Assembly: GCA_030690215.1 (NCBI GenBank)
Contig: JAUYHD010000016.1
Coordinates: 17,681-81,680 of the forward strand
Direction: 5' to 3'
From: a bacterium
Lineage (GTDB): Bacteria; Patescibacteriota; Minisyncoccia; 1-14-0-10-42-19
DNA: 64,000 nt
The first letter of the stretch is position 1. Each line of letters starts with the position of its first letter. The notes under the pieces were generated by a model. That model saw only the letters and a list, made by a program, of their open reading frames with translations. It did not search any database and had not been told where the DNA came from. Both the position numbers and the translations under genes were made by a program. This document shows positions 46,584-56,809 of the stretch, in pieces.

Positions 46584-47930
46584 CTACAATGTACACTTCG
46601 GCATCTTCCATTCTTTGACCATGGCATCAACCGCCGCTTGCCCCATCGCTGTTTTTACCCCTTTTTCAAAATTGCACAATGCTATGCGGGGCCCCTTCAC
46701 AAGCCCGGGAATACTTAATGCCGAAAAGAGATTTTTCATTTTAGCTGTCCCGTATTTATTGTGGAGCCCATCAAGCACCACCGCCATAATGTCCCATGGG
46801 ATTATTTCCGTATCATTCCTTTTCACCGTCTTGCCCGCATTCGTATCAATATACACATCAAGCAATGTCAAAGAGAAATCGCTCTTGAACGCCGCGACCT
46901 CTTTTGAAAATCCGGGAAAGTTATTATTAGTCGCGAATACATTAACGCCTACCGCGCGCCCGCACCGAAGAGCCGTATAATGAGGAGTAAACGCTCCCGG
47001 ATAAAGCACGTCCATATGATCATAAAATGGGAATTTCGTTCCTCTGCCCATCTCGTAATACGCTATCCAATGATCCCCCGGATTTGTAATATCAAATTGA
47101 TTCCATACGCTCTGGAGAATCTCTGCTTTCATACCCGCACCGCACCCTGCACCGCACGTGGTCGGCGCAACCCCAACTATCGCCGTCTTTACCCCGCGAT
47201 GATCGTCAAAATAAGGGCCCGCAACCGAACCATAGAGCGTGGTATATGTTTGCCTACATACCGCATACCACTTCATAAACCTAGTAACATCTCCCAGTGA
47301 ATATTTGCTTGTGGGTGGCGCGTAGAATGAGACAAGCGGCAACGAATAACCATGTCGGGTAAATGTCCCTTTGTGCCCATCATATGTGACTATTCCATGG
47401 TCTTTAGCAAGCCCCGCTGTCGTATTTGAAGGTGGAGGCGGGGTCACGGTAGAAGAAAACGATTCTACTTTCATAGAAGACATCTTGTCGTTCCATCCAT
47501 CGTCTACCAATGTTGAATCACCTACGGTCCGCTTGATTGAAGCTCCGCCAAAATTATCAAGATTATACAAAATAACACGATACCCCGACGGAACCCGAAA
47601 GGAAGAAATTGTATTATTTGAAATCCCACACGCTTTGAGTTTTGCGAGCGTGTATTCTCCTGGGCCGAATCCTGCCGAAGCCCCCTTAAAATTGATATCT
47701 ACATACACTCGTACTGGGCCGTTACATACCTTCAATGAGGGTTGCTCTATAGCTGACGGGAATGAAAATCTAAGGAACCAAGGTACGGCCGAGTAATTAA
47801 ATGGACCATTAAAATTCATCTGAATAAAAATGCTGATCCCTATCAAGACAGAAAATGCAAAAAAAACAAGCGTGTGTTTCCCCGTATTTTTAATATTTTT
47901 ATCCAAAAATTTTTTTAGCGCCTTGAACAT
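46584..47930 (-). CDS. membrane-anchored beta/gamma-crystallin domain protein
   Basis: NTISSFRVPSGY, NDKMSSMKV; zincin-like YEMGR in the C-domain. Confidence 0.75.
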   Translation of the reverse strand: MFKALKKFLDKNIKNTGKHTLVFFAFSVLIGISIFIQMNFNGPFNYSAVPWFLRFSFPSAIEQPSLKVCNGPVRVYVDINFKGASAGFGPGEYTLAKLKACGISNNTISSFRVPSGYRVILYNLDNFGGASIKRTVGDSTLVDDGWNDKMSSMKVESFSSTVTPPPPSNTTAGLAKDHGIVTYDGHKGTFTRHGYSLPLVSFYAPPTSKYSLGDVTRFMKWYAVCRQTYTTLYGSVAGPYFDDHRGVKTAIVGVAPTTCGAGCGAGMKAEILQSVWNQFDITNPGDHWIAYYEMGRGTKFPFYDHMDVLYPGAFTPHYTALRCGRAVGVNVFATNNNFPGFSKEVAAFKSDFSLTLLDVYIDTNAGKTVKRNDTEIIPWDIMAVVLDGLHNKYGTAKMKNLFSALSIPGLVKGPRIALCNFEKGVKTAMGQAAVDAMVKEWKMPKCTL

Positions 47931-47951
47931 GTCCCTTTTACTAAGTATATC

Positions 47952-48575
47952 CTATATAAACTTACCGCAAAATGAGCGCCTATGGATGTCGCATAATCCG
48001 TACTTTCTTAGGGCTTTTTCATGTGCTCGTGTGCCGTACCCTTTATGAATATCAAAACCGTATTTGGGGTAAACTTTTGCAAGACGCACCATTCTCCTAT
48101 CGCGCGTTACTTTTGCCATGATTGAAGCGGCGGCAATAATAGGCATCCGCCTATCTCCTCCTATAATAGTCTGCTGATTTTTGTATTCTTGAGGCGCTCG
48201 TAACCCTCCGTCTAATAAAATACGGGAATTATGAATCAAGAATCTAGAATCAAGAAGCGCTATTTTTCTTAACGAACGACGAATCGCAAGATGAGTTGCT
48301 CTCGCAATGCCAATCTTATCAATCACCGAATGGCTTACCGAAGAAGTAGCATAAAACAATCTATTCTCACGCGAATGCCTGCGCAAAACCTTAAACCATT
48401 CTTCCCGCTTCTTAACCGAAAGCGCCTTGGAATCTTTAATTCCCCTAAACAGTTTCGAATTTCGTGCTTCATATTTCGAATTTACCATTGTCGCTACTGC
48501 GCAAATGGTTATCGGTCCCGCGAGCGGTCCTCTCCCCACTTCGTCTATACCGAGAATAAATCTATGCTTTGCCAT
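47952..48575 (-). CDS. rnhB: ribonuclease HII with heptad insertions
   Basis: GIDEVGRGPLAGP, KDSK, IAAASIMAKVTRD, HKGYGT. Confidence 0.96.
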   Translation of the reverse strand: MAKHRFILGIDEVGRGPLAGPITICAVATMVNSKYEARNSKLFRGIKDSKALSVKKREEWFKVLRRHSRENRLFYATSSVSHSVIDKIGIARATHLAIRRSLRKIALLDSRFLIHNSRILLDGGLRAPQEYKNQQTIIGGDRRMPIIAAASIMAKVTRDRRMVRLAKVYPKYGFDIHKGYGTRAHEKALRKYGLCDIHRRSFCGKFI

Positions 48576-48638
48576 TGTTTTTATTATACCACCCATGCTA
48601 TTCTCAAGAATGAAATTGAAAATACAGAAGGAGGAAAA

Positions 48639-49019
48639 GTGCAGAAATTTTCGAAAGAATCCATTGAAAAAATGGTGAAGACAAAATCCCAAGAGATACA
48701 AAAGAAATGGGAACAGCCGGCAAAACCCCCAAAGCTATGGGGAACCATAATGCTTCAGATGTTCCATAGAGCGCATATCATTGTTAATAATCTTGGCCTT
48801 TGTAAAAATCCGGTTTCTCTCACGGCGAATGTCGCACTAATTATTACCGACCTGCACATGGAATTTTCGGGGAAGGTCCCGTCAGACGAAGATGAATTTA
48901 AAAAGGCTATCAAAAAAACCACAAGAAAATGGGCAAAACAGGGCAGTAAAAAGAGATTCTGCCATGGAACTACTACTGGCCTTGTCTGTTATTGTGACGA
49001 AAAGGAGACGAATAGATGA
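48639..49019 (+). CDS. CH-x7-CxCDE family protein, paralog 1
   Basis: AGGAGG plus GTG start; C-terminal CHGTTTGLVCYCDE. Confidence 0.75.
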   Translation: MQKFSKESIEKMVKTKSQEIQKKWEQPAKPPKLWGTIMLQMFHRAHIIVNNLGLCKNPVSLTANVALIITDLHMEFSGKVPSDEDEFKKAIKKTTRKWAKQGSKKRFCHGTTTGLVCYCDEKETNR

Positions 49020-49396
49020 AAAAATTTACAACCTCATGGCTTAATCAGGAAGCAAAAAAGCTCCCTCAAGAAACGCAAGATGGGTGGAAAGCAGAATGGC
49101 CGCCCGAATCATTTGATGCACTGTTAGAAGAAACAAAGAAACGGATAGAGATTGTTGCTGATCTTACAGGGTGCGCTTCCCGGGACATAATGATACAAGA
49201 AGCAACAGAGGTAATAGAAACGCTACGACAGCAATACAACGATCAAATACCCGTAGACGGCATCGAAACATTTGATGTTGTGGCAAGCGGGATATCCCGA
49301 AAAATCGCCAAGGAATACGAAGACAAAAAGCTCTGCCATGGCGCCCCCGAATATATGCTGTGTTTCTGTGACGAAAAACAAGGAGACGCAATTTGA
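49016..49396 (+). CDS. CH-x7-CxCDE family protein, paralog 2
   Basis: ATGA overlap; WPPESFD, CHGAPEYMLCFCDE. Confidence 0.8.
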   Translation: MKKFTTSWLNQEAKKLPQETQDGWKAEWPPESFDALLEETKKRIEIVADLTGCASRDIMIQEATEVIETLRQQYNDQIPVDGIETFDVVASGISRKIAKEYEDKKLCHGAPEYMLCFCDEKQGDAI

Positions 49397-50025
49397 AAAT
49401 TAAATTATCGCCCGAAGAAGAAACAACGCTCAAGACGTATGCAAAAATGGCAAAAAACAGAAATAAGCAAATCGGCGGTCAGCCATTTGACCCCGATTTT
49501 TGGGCCGACCAATTTGAAGAATTCAAACGGCTTTTACCCGCAGGAAATATTCTTGAAATCGGTTGTGGAAACGGCAGGGATGCGCGATTTTTCTGCAAAG
49601 ACACCGAATATAATTATTTTGGGATTGATGCCTGCCAGGGACTGCTTGATGAAGCAAAAATATGGGCGCCAAACGCAAACACGCATCAAATGAACCTCTA
49701 TTCGCTTTTCTTTCCGGATCATTCCTTTGACGGCTTTTGGGCGGCATCGGTATATGTCCACATCCCCCGAACGACTATCATGCGGGCGCTTGCTGAATTA
49801 AAACGCGTAATAAAGCCCGAAGGCATAGGATTTGTCGTTATGCGCGAAGGCAAAGGAGAAACAACGCCCCAAGACAAAAAAACGGGACTTAAGCGTTTTT
49901 ACGCCCTTTATCCGGACGATGAATTCAGCGATATTCTTTTATGGTCCGGATTTGAAATAATATCAAAATCAAAAGACACAAGAAACAAGCCCGAACTTAT
50001 ATATTTTGTGCGGACATGGATGTGA
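49393..50025 (+). CDS. class I SAM-dependent methyltransferase
   Basis: ILEIGCGNGRDA, GIDA, SFDGFWA, LKRVIKPEG. Confidence 0.9.
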   Translation: MKIKLSPEEETTLKTYAKMAKNRNKQIGGQPFDPDFWADQFEEFKRLLPAGNILEIGCGNGRDARFFCKDTEYNYFGIDACQGLLDEAKIWAPNANTHQMNLYSLFFPDHSFDGFWAASVYVHIPRTTIMRALAELKRVIKPEGIGFVVMREGKGETTPQDKKTGLKRFYALYPDDEFSDILLWSGFEIISKSKDTRNKPELIYFVRTWM

Positions 50026-50036
50026 GGGAAAAACAG

Positions 50037-50414
50037 ATGAAAGAATACACAAACGGGTGGTTTGACCAGCAGGTAGAAAAACTTCCCCAGCATATACAAG
50101 ACATCTGGAACAAATGGACCTGGCCACCCGAATCGTTTGATACGCTTTTGAAAGACGCCCAGGAACGCGCACGCATTGTCGCCTACCTTGTAGGATGCAA
50201 CAGCCTAGACACATTACTACAAAACATGCTGGACATAACCGAAAGTCTGCGGAATCTATACAAAAACAAGATACCGCAAACGACTGAGGAGTTGCTCGTA
50301 TTCCGACAAATGATAATGGACGTAGTGGACATGTTCGCAAAAGAGTACCAAGAAAAACGCCTATGCCACGACGGATTCGGATATGCGGTGTGTTTCTGCG
50401 ACGAAATACAATAA
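50037..50414 (+). CDS. CH-x7-CxCDE family protein, paralog 3
   Basis: WPPESFD, CHDGFGYAVCFCDE; terminator follows. Confidence 0.8.
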   Translation: MKEYTNGWFDQQVEKLPQHIQDIWNKWTWPPESFDTLLKDAQERARIVAYLVGCNSLDTLLQNMLDITESLRNLYKNKIPQTTEELLVFRQMIMDVVDMFAKEYQEKRLCHDGFGYAVCFCDEIQ

Positions 50415-50461
50415 CCAAAAGAGCCCCACGGGCTCTTTTTTGTGCCTGCTTGCAGGACACA

Positions 50462-50503
50462 CCCCATTAGATAGAGCCCAAAAAAATCGCTCATCTAACG
50501 GGG
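50462..50503. mobile_element. 42-bp CCCC..TTAG hairpin element
   Basis: ccccattagat...atctaacgggg. Confidence 0.7.
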
Positions 50504-50587
50504 TGAGGGTACTCATTCCGCCATTATTTTCCGCATACTAAAAGTGCCCCAGATTATCAAAAAATGATACAATAAAAAAATATCATC

Positions 50588-51556
50588 ATGTCTATGGAAC
50601 AGAACAAAGAAAAAGAGGAATTTTCTCCTCCGCGCTCTGCTGAACTTCTGCAGAGATTTGAAGAAAAAGAAGCTCCCCCCATCGGGGAGAAGTTGCGGTT
50701 TTCAGGCGTCGGCGAAAAAGATGTATATAATATCTCGCCACCTTTCCGGATTGGGAACGCAACCGTTATCGCCGGGCGCGTTGAGGCACGAAAGGCATGG
50801 GCGGATTCCCAGGTTCTCTTTTTTGAAGAAAAGAAAGACGTATGGGTTCCGGCCAACGGCGCGCCAACCTTACAATTGGAAGACGGTTTCGCAACACGCT
50901 TCAAAGACGAAACGATTATCGGCGGTGTTGAGGTGTACCCCCATCCCTTTGTGTCCGGTGGCGTTGGCTACCGAACAGTTTTTTATCGCGGACACGATTT
51001 TTCATCACTTAAAAAATTCGCTGCCGGTCCGGACATGATGAAAGATATCCGGCTTACCCCTCTTGCAAACGAGCAAATAGGCGTCTTCACGCGCCCTCAA
51101 GGCGGGAGTAATGGGAAAGGCACGATAGGATATACGGAGCTACAGCACCTGGAGGATCTAAACGCAGAGAATATCCTTAATGCGAAAATAATTGAGAATC
51201 AATTCGCTCCTGAAGAATGGGGCGGCGCAAATGAATTGCATCCGTTACAAAATGGCAAAATCGGCGTCATTGGACACATTGCCTATCAAGAAGCAGAAAA
51301 CAATAAGCATTACTACGCAATGTCATTCGTGTATGACCCTCATACGCATCACGCTTCCCCAATTGAGATTATCGCAACGAGAAAAAACTTCCCCGCAGGT
51401 GACGCAAAAAAATCAGAGCTTGAAGATGTTATTTTCCCCGGCGGTTTGATCCGCCACGGCGACGGTACTGCAACACTCTATGCGGGTTTGAGTGATGCAG
51501 AAACCGGAAAACTCACCCTGCCAGATCCCTTTGCCGCAGAAGAAAAACATAGTTAA
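50588..51556 (+). CDS. DUF1861 beta-propeller (mannoside phosphorylase/transferase-like)
   Basis: DVYNI, GRVE, LEDGF, MKDIRL, EWGGANE, DVIFPGG. Confidence 0.8.
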   Translation: MSMEQNKEKEEFSPPRSAELLQRFEEKEAPPIGEKLRFSGVGEKDVYNISPPFRIGNATVIAGRVEARKAWADSQVLFFEEKKDVWVPANGAPTLQLEDGFATRFKDETIIGGVEVYPHPFVSGGVGYRTVFYRGHDFSSLKKFAAGPDMMKDIRLTPLANEQIGVFTRPQGGSNGKGTIGYTELQHLEDLNAENILNAKIIENQFAPEEWGGANELHPLQNGKIGVIGHIAYQEAENNKHYYAMSFVYDPHTHHASPIEIIATRKNFPAGDAKKSELEDVIFPGGLIRHGDGTATLYAGLSDAETGKLTLPDPFAAEEKHS

Positions 51557-51605
51557 CCCCATTGAATTACTAAAATAGAAAAAATGATATGATGGAAGTC
51601 ATTAA

Positions 51606-52145
51606 ATGAAAAATCTTTTAAAAAAATACGAAGCTGGAAAAACCAACAAACAAATTTTGGCGAACAGAGCAATTGCGCGTGCCGAATCTTGCCTTAATTT
51701 TTTAGACGAATGTCTCCAGCTGGTTCATAGGGGCAGCGGAACCGACCCTGCCTATTCTCGATCAATATATATTTTATTTTCTTATAGTTTTGAGCTAATC
51801 TTAAAATCCCGCTTATTACTAGCAAGCAAACAGGTGGAAAGAGACGATTTAATAAAAGAAATTAAATCTCACGACCTTGAAAAATTATCAAAAAAACTTT
51901 CAAAAACTGAATTAAATAACATTAGTATAAAAAATATCAAAAAACAAAAAACTTTAAATTTTGAAGAATATAAAATAGAAATGACCGGAGGGGGCGATTT
52001 TATTATCCAAGATCTAACTGATGTTCGGTATGATTTTGCAAAAGATAACCTCCGTAATAATAATCTGGATGAGTGGAACCAATTGCAAGAAATGAAAGAG
52101 GTTATGTTTTACATGATAAAATTCATTAGAGAAATGATAAAATAA
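51606..52145 (+). CDS. HEPN-like protein, low GC
   Basis: FELILKS, SHDLEKL, DVRY. Confidence 0.6.
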   Translation: MKNLLKKYEAGKTNKQILANRAIARAESCLNFLDECLQLVHRGSGTDPAYSRSIYILFSYSFELILKSRLLLASKQVERDDLIKEIKSHDLEKLSKKLSKTELNNISIKNIKKQKTLNFEEYKIEMTGGGDFIIQDLTDVRYDFAKDNLRNNNLDEWNQLQEMKEVMFYMIKFIREMIK

Positions 52146-52149
52146 CTCC

Positions 52150-55100
52150 ATGTCCTTCGTCCACCTCCATGTTCATAGCCACTATAGTTTGCTGGACGGA
52201 CTCGCAAAAATTGACGAGCTTGTTCGCGAGGCAAAAGAACTTGGCATGCCCGCAATCGCCCTTACCGATCACGGCAATATGTACGGCGCGATAGAATTCT
52301 ATAAAAAAGCAAAAAAGGCAGGCATCAAACCCATCATCGGCATAGAGGCATACATCGCAGCGCGAAACGCTTCCGACAGAGTGCACGGGGTGGACGACAA
52401 GCGCTATCACCTCATTTTGCTCGCCAAGAACAACACGGGCTACGAAAATCTGCTCAAGCTTGTAACACTCTCAAATCTTGAAGGGTTTTACTACAAACCC
52501 CGCATTGATAAAGAAATGCTCCGCAAACACTCCGAAGGATTGATCGCCCTTTCTGCCTGTTTGACTGGTGAAATATCCCGCGCGCTCCTTGCAAAAAATT
52601 GGGACAATGCAAAAGCGTTGGCACTCGAGTACCAGGATATTTTCGGCAAAGACAATTTTTATATTGAACTTTCGCACCATCCGAATATTCCAAACCATGT
52701 TGAAGTCCAAGAGGGATTAAAAAAACTCGCGCGAGAATTAAAAATTCCCATGGTCGCAACGCAAGATGTCCATTACTTAAAAAAAGAAGACCAGCAAGCC
52801 CAAGACATTTTGGTCGCGGTACAGACAAACACAAAAGTGGATGACGAAGACCGCATGACAATGAAAGCGGATGATTTTTCGCTTACTTCGCCCGACGAAA
52901 TGAAAGAAGCGTTCAACGATGTTCCCGAAGCAATAGCAAACACGCTCAAAATTGCAAACCAAATTGATCTGCAAATCCATTTGGGCGAAATTAAACTCCC
53001 CCACTTTGAAGTCCCCTCGGGTCACACACCCGATACATATCTAAAAGAACTCGCCGAAGCGGGCCTCATGCGCCGTTTTAACAACAAACCGTCGCGTGAA
53101 GCGCGCGACCGCCTCGCCTACGAACTTGATGTTATAGAAAAAACAAAATTTTCGTCATACTTTTTGATTGTGCAGGACTTTGTAAACTGGGCAAAAAACA
53201 ACGGCATTGTCGTGGGGCCGGGTAGAGGTTCGGCTGCGGGCTCGCTTATCGCATACTCCCTCAACATCACAAACGTTGACCCGCTCCAATACGGATTGCT
53301 CTTTGAGCGGTTTATGAACCCCGAGCGTATCAGCCCTCCCGATATTGATATAGACTTTGCCGACACCAGGCGCGACGAAGTTATTGAATACGCGCGCAAA
53401 AAATACGGAGACGACCATGTAGCCCAAATCATCACGTTCGGAACGATGGCGGCGCGCGCTGCAATCCGCGATACAGGCCGCGCGTTGGGAATGGAATATG
53501 GTTTTTGCGACAAGGTTGCAAAAATGATTCCGTTTAGCGTAGGAATGACGCTCGCAAAAGCCCTCAAAGCAAATCCCGAATTCGCCGAAGAATACAGAGA
53601 CAACGAACAGGCGCGCCGACTCGTTGATTCCGCGCGAAAACTTGAGGGAGTCGTACGCCATGCTTCCGTACACGCCTGCGGAGTGGTGATCACCAAAGAC
53701 CCTCTCACCGATACCGTACCGCTTCAATACGCGGTATCACGCGACGCGTCAGGCGAAAAACAAATAATCGTAACACAATACTCAATGAATGTGATTGAAG
53801 ATTTAGGACTTTTAAAAATGGACTTTTTGGGACTCAAAAACTTAAGCATTATTGAAGAAGCAATTAATCTGGTGGAAACTCGCACGGGAAAACGCATTGA
53901 TATTGATGCCATCCCGATCGACGACGCAAAAGTATACAAAGGACTCGCTGACGGAAACACCGTAGGCGTATTCCAGCTTGAATCGGGCGGAATGACGCGC
54001 TACTTAAAAGATTTAAAACCAACAACCATTGAAGACATTATCGCAATGGTCGCATTATACCGCCCGGGCCCCATGGAACTTATCCCGTCATTCATCAAGC
54101 GAAAACAAGGCGAGGAAAAAATAACCTACCTCCATCCAAAGCTCGCGCCTATTTTAGAAAACACATATGGCATCGGCGTTTATCAAGAACAAATGATGCG
54201 TATTGCCCGCGACCTTGCGGGATACACCCTGCCCGAAGCAGATACGTTGAGAAAAGCAATCGGAAAGAAAATAAAATCTCTTTTGGACGAACAGCAAGAA
54301 AAATTAATAGACGGAATGATAAAAAATAAAATTGATAAGCATACGGCAAATCAAATCTGGGAACTTTTTCCGCCATTTGCGCGTTACGGATTTAACCGGT
54401 GCCATGCCGCCCCCTACGCCATTATCGCCTACCAGACAGCCTGGCTCAAAACACACTATCCGCTGGAATTTATGACGGCATTTATGAACGCGGACGAAAA
54501 AGATGTAGACCGCATCGCCTATCTCGTAAAAGAATGCCAAAACCTCGGCATTAAAGTCCTCCCGCCTGATCTTAACCGAAGCAACGCGGGATTTACTCCA
54601 CAGCGCGAAAAAGACGAACTCGCTATCCGGTTTGGCCTGCGCACTATTAAAAATGTTGGCTCAAATGTCGTGGACATGATTATGCAGGAACGCGACCGAA
54701 ATGGGCCCTACCAGACGCTTGCAGGGCTTTTGGAGCGCATCCCAACAAAAGACATCAACAAAAAATCAATGGAATCGCTCGTAAAATCGGGCGCTATGGA
54801 TTCGCTCGGTGAACGAAACCAGATGCTAGAGAATATGGATACCATTCTTGCTTTCCACAAAGAATCAAGCAAAGGCAAACAAACGGGACAAAATTCTCTT
54901 TTCGGAATGCAGGGCGGGCCGTCATACACTCCGACACTTCAATTAAAAGAAGTAAAAGCCGCGGCTTCCGAAGACCGCCTCAAATGGGAAAAGGAATTAC
55001 TGGGATTATATATTTCGGGGCACCCGCTTGATAAGTTCCGCGGGCTTTTAGAAACAAAAAAAATAAACACCGAATTCGCGAAAGCGCTCAAAGAAGAGAC

Positions 55101-55365
55101 GCCTATCATTATTGGGGGCATTATTGAAAGCGTTAAAAAGATAACAACAAAAAAGGGGGAACCAATGGTATTTTTATCGCTTCTTGACCTTGCGGGCTCA
55201 ATTGAAGTTGTTGTATTCCCGCGCGTTCTAAAATCATGCGGGCAGTTTATAGAAGCGGACAAGGGAATCGCGCTCAAAGGCAAGATATCGCACCGAAACG
55301 GCAATGTGAGCATTATTGCCGACGGAATCAAATCTATTGAACCACCAGAAACGAGTAATGAGTAA
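52150..55365 (+). CDS. dnaE: DNA polymerase III alpha subunit
   Basis: HLHVHSHYSLLDG, GPGRGSAAGS, PDIDIDF. Confidence 0.98.
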   Translation: MSFVHLHVHSHYSLLDGLAKIDELVREAKELGMPAIALTDHGNMYGAIEFYKKAKKAGIKPIIGIEAYIAARNASDRVHGVDDKRYHLILLAKNNTGYENLLKLVTLSNLEGFYYKPRIDKEMLRKHSEGLIALSACLTGEISRALLAKNWDNAKALALEYQDIFGKDNFYIELSHHPNIPNHVEVQEGLKKLARELKIPMVATQDVHYLKKEDQQAQDILVAVQTNTKVDDEDRMTMKADDFSLTSPDEMKEAFNDVPEAIANTLKIANQIDLQIHLGEIKLPHFEVPSGHTPDTYLKELAEAGLMRRFNNKPSREARDRLAYELDVIEKTKFSSYFLIVQDFVNWAKNNGIVVGPGRGSAAGSLIAYSLNITNVDPLQYGLLFERFMNPERISPPDIDIDFADTRRDEVIEYARKKYGDDHVAQIITFGTMAARAAIRDTGRALGMEYGFCDKVAKMIPFSVGMTLAKALKANPEFAEEYRDNEQARRLVDSARKLEGVVRHASVHACGVVITKDPLTDTVPLQYAVSRDASGEKQIIVTQYSMNVIEDLGLLKMDFLGLKNLSIIEEAINLVETRTGKRIDIDAIPIDDAKVYKGLADGNTVGVFQLESGGMTRYLKDLKPTTIEDIIAMVALYRPGPMELIPSFIKRKQGEEKITYLHPKLAPILENTYGIGVYQEQMMRIARDLAGYTLPEADTLRKAIGKKIKSLLDEQQEKLIDGMIKNKIDKHTANQIWELFPPFARYGFNRCHAAPYAIIAYQTAWLKTHYPLEFMTAFMNADEKDVDRIAYLVKECQNLGIKVLPPDLNRSNAGFTPQREKDELAIRFGLRTIKNVGSNVVDMIMQERDRNGPYQTLAGLLERIPTKDINKKSMESLVKSGAMDSLGERNQMLENMDTILAFHKESSKGKQTGQNSLFGMQGGPSYTPTLQLKEVKAAASEDRLKWEKELLGLYISGHPLDKFRGLLETKKINTEFAKALKEETPIIIGGIIESVKKITTKKGEPMVFLSLLDLAGSIEVVVFPRVLKSCGQFIEADKGIALKGKISHRNGNVSIIADGIKSIEPPETSNE

Positions 55366-55653
55366 TAAGTTATGTCCCGCTATTTACTTTAAATATTTTT
55401 AAATTATTGTATAGCGGGATCCCGCCATTCTATACGTTATAATCTTTGAATAAATGGCGGGAAGTTATGGGTTATTTAAAAATATAAAAAACCGAGCGCA
55501 GTGCTCGGTTTTTTTGTTTAAAAAGAACCATTAGCATAAAAGTATACGACTGCCCCGATAGCAGCGATCAGAACTATAGAAACAAAAAAAACGATAAGCG
55601 CTACTCTTGTCTGCCTATTAAGTTCCGAGTCTTCGTCTTCATCGCCCCACATT

Positions 55654-55872
55654 TTATTTCTCCTTTTTAGAATATCTTTTGATTATTTTCCGCATCTTTC
55701 CCATCCCCTCGTCCCACCTGTGAAAATCTAGATCGTCCAAAAGTTTTTGGATTAATTCAAACTCTTCTACCGTAAAATTCGAAATGGACATCGCACATAC
55801 CGTTTTTCTCATTCTGCGAGACTCCTTTTCCCCAACATAATCCCGACCCCTTGAACCATCATTGCAACCCAT
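55654..55872 (-). CDS. hypothetical protein
   Basis: short ORF with GGGGG RBS. Confidence 0.5.
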   Translation of the reverse strand: MGCNDGSRGRDYVGEKESRRMRKTVCAMSISNFTVEEFELIQKLLDDLDFHRWDEGMGKMRKIIKRYSKKEK

Positions 55873-55887
55873 AGTATTGCCCCCCCC

Positions 55888-56268
55888 CTAGAGCTCAATT
55901 TTCTTGATATTTTCAAAAAACGAACCATTTGCTATTTCTTTCCAACGATTCCTTACATCTGAATGAACATGGCCAGAAGAATGACTCTCTAATGACAGGT
56001 GCGCTAATTCTTGTAACCAATCTCGATTCTTAATTATAAAATCTATGAACTGCCCATCATACTGAGGAAATAAAAAATCGCCGCAATCAAAAATAAGGAT
56101 TGGCGATCCCTCCTCCTGTAAGAAATAATCTACACGAGCACAATCATTATTGTTAAGAATTCCTTTTATGCTCTCCTTGCGTTTTTCTAAACTTTCCTGA
56201 AGCTTAATTATCTCTTCCAGCCTTCTTCCTAACTCCTTGCGTTCTTCTTTTGTGAATCTTGTTCTCAA
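55888..56268 (-). CDS. hypothetical protein
   Basis: AAGGAGG RBS, TTG start. Confidence 0.6.
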   Translation of the reverse strand: MRTRFTKEERKELGRRLEEIIKLQESLEKRKESIKGILNNNDCARVDYFLQEEGSPILIFDCGDFLFPQYDGQFIDFIIKNRDWLQELAHLSLESHSSGHVHSDVRNRWKEIANGSFFENIKKIEL

Positions 56269-56328
56269 GATAAACCTCCTTTATTACATTATTTTTAACG
56301 TACTTATTCGATTTCTAAAAAAATTATT

Positions 56329-56760
56329 TTAATATAATACAAGAAGGCTATTTTTAATATCATATTGATTTAGGCTTTTGAAAGAAAAATAATCATACCC
56401 CTGAGCCGAAACTATGTCCATCTTCCATCCAGCCTTGCGAAATTCTTCCATTACAAATTCTTTGATCTTTTTTATCTTGAAATAACGAATTATTTTTGGG
56501 TGAATTTTTCCCAAAGGAAACATGCAAGAAAGCGATCTCGGCCCCGACTCATGCGGGCCCCTTTTTTCTATGCCCAAAAGCTAATCTTCGAATACAAGAC
56601 TCTTTGGGCCGCCCAAATAATCAGCAAAATAGGAAATAATAGCTTTTGCTTTCAACAAGCTCTTGTTATCCAGTTTCTTGCTTGTTGGTAATGCGCCCAA
56701 AGACAGCTTCTTATTCCTGCTTAAAAGCTCTTCCGGAGTAATGATTTGATATACACACAT
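56329..56760 (-). pseudogene. hypothetical gene interrupted by one in-frame TAG
   Basis: AAGGAGG plus ATG at 56760; TAG at 56583-56581; frame continues to 56329. Confidence 0.55.
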
Positions 56761-56809
56761 GACTTGCCTCCTTTATTAAATTTCATTCCGCTGATACTAT
56801 AGTATTTAT

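Noticed and set aside
48291-48701. long overlap of rnhB with a 242-aa ORF
   Set aside because: Both starts are over-extended; true starts at 48575 (-) and 48639 (+) are divergent and do not overlap.
55560-56760. prophage
   Set aside because: Only small hypothetical ORFs; no integrase, terminase or structural genes.
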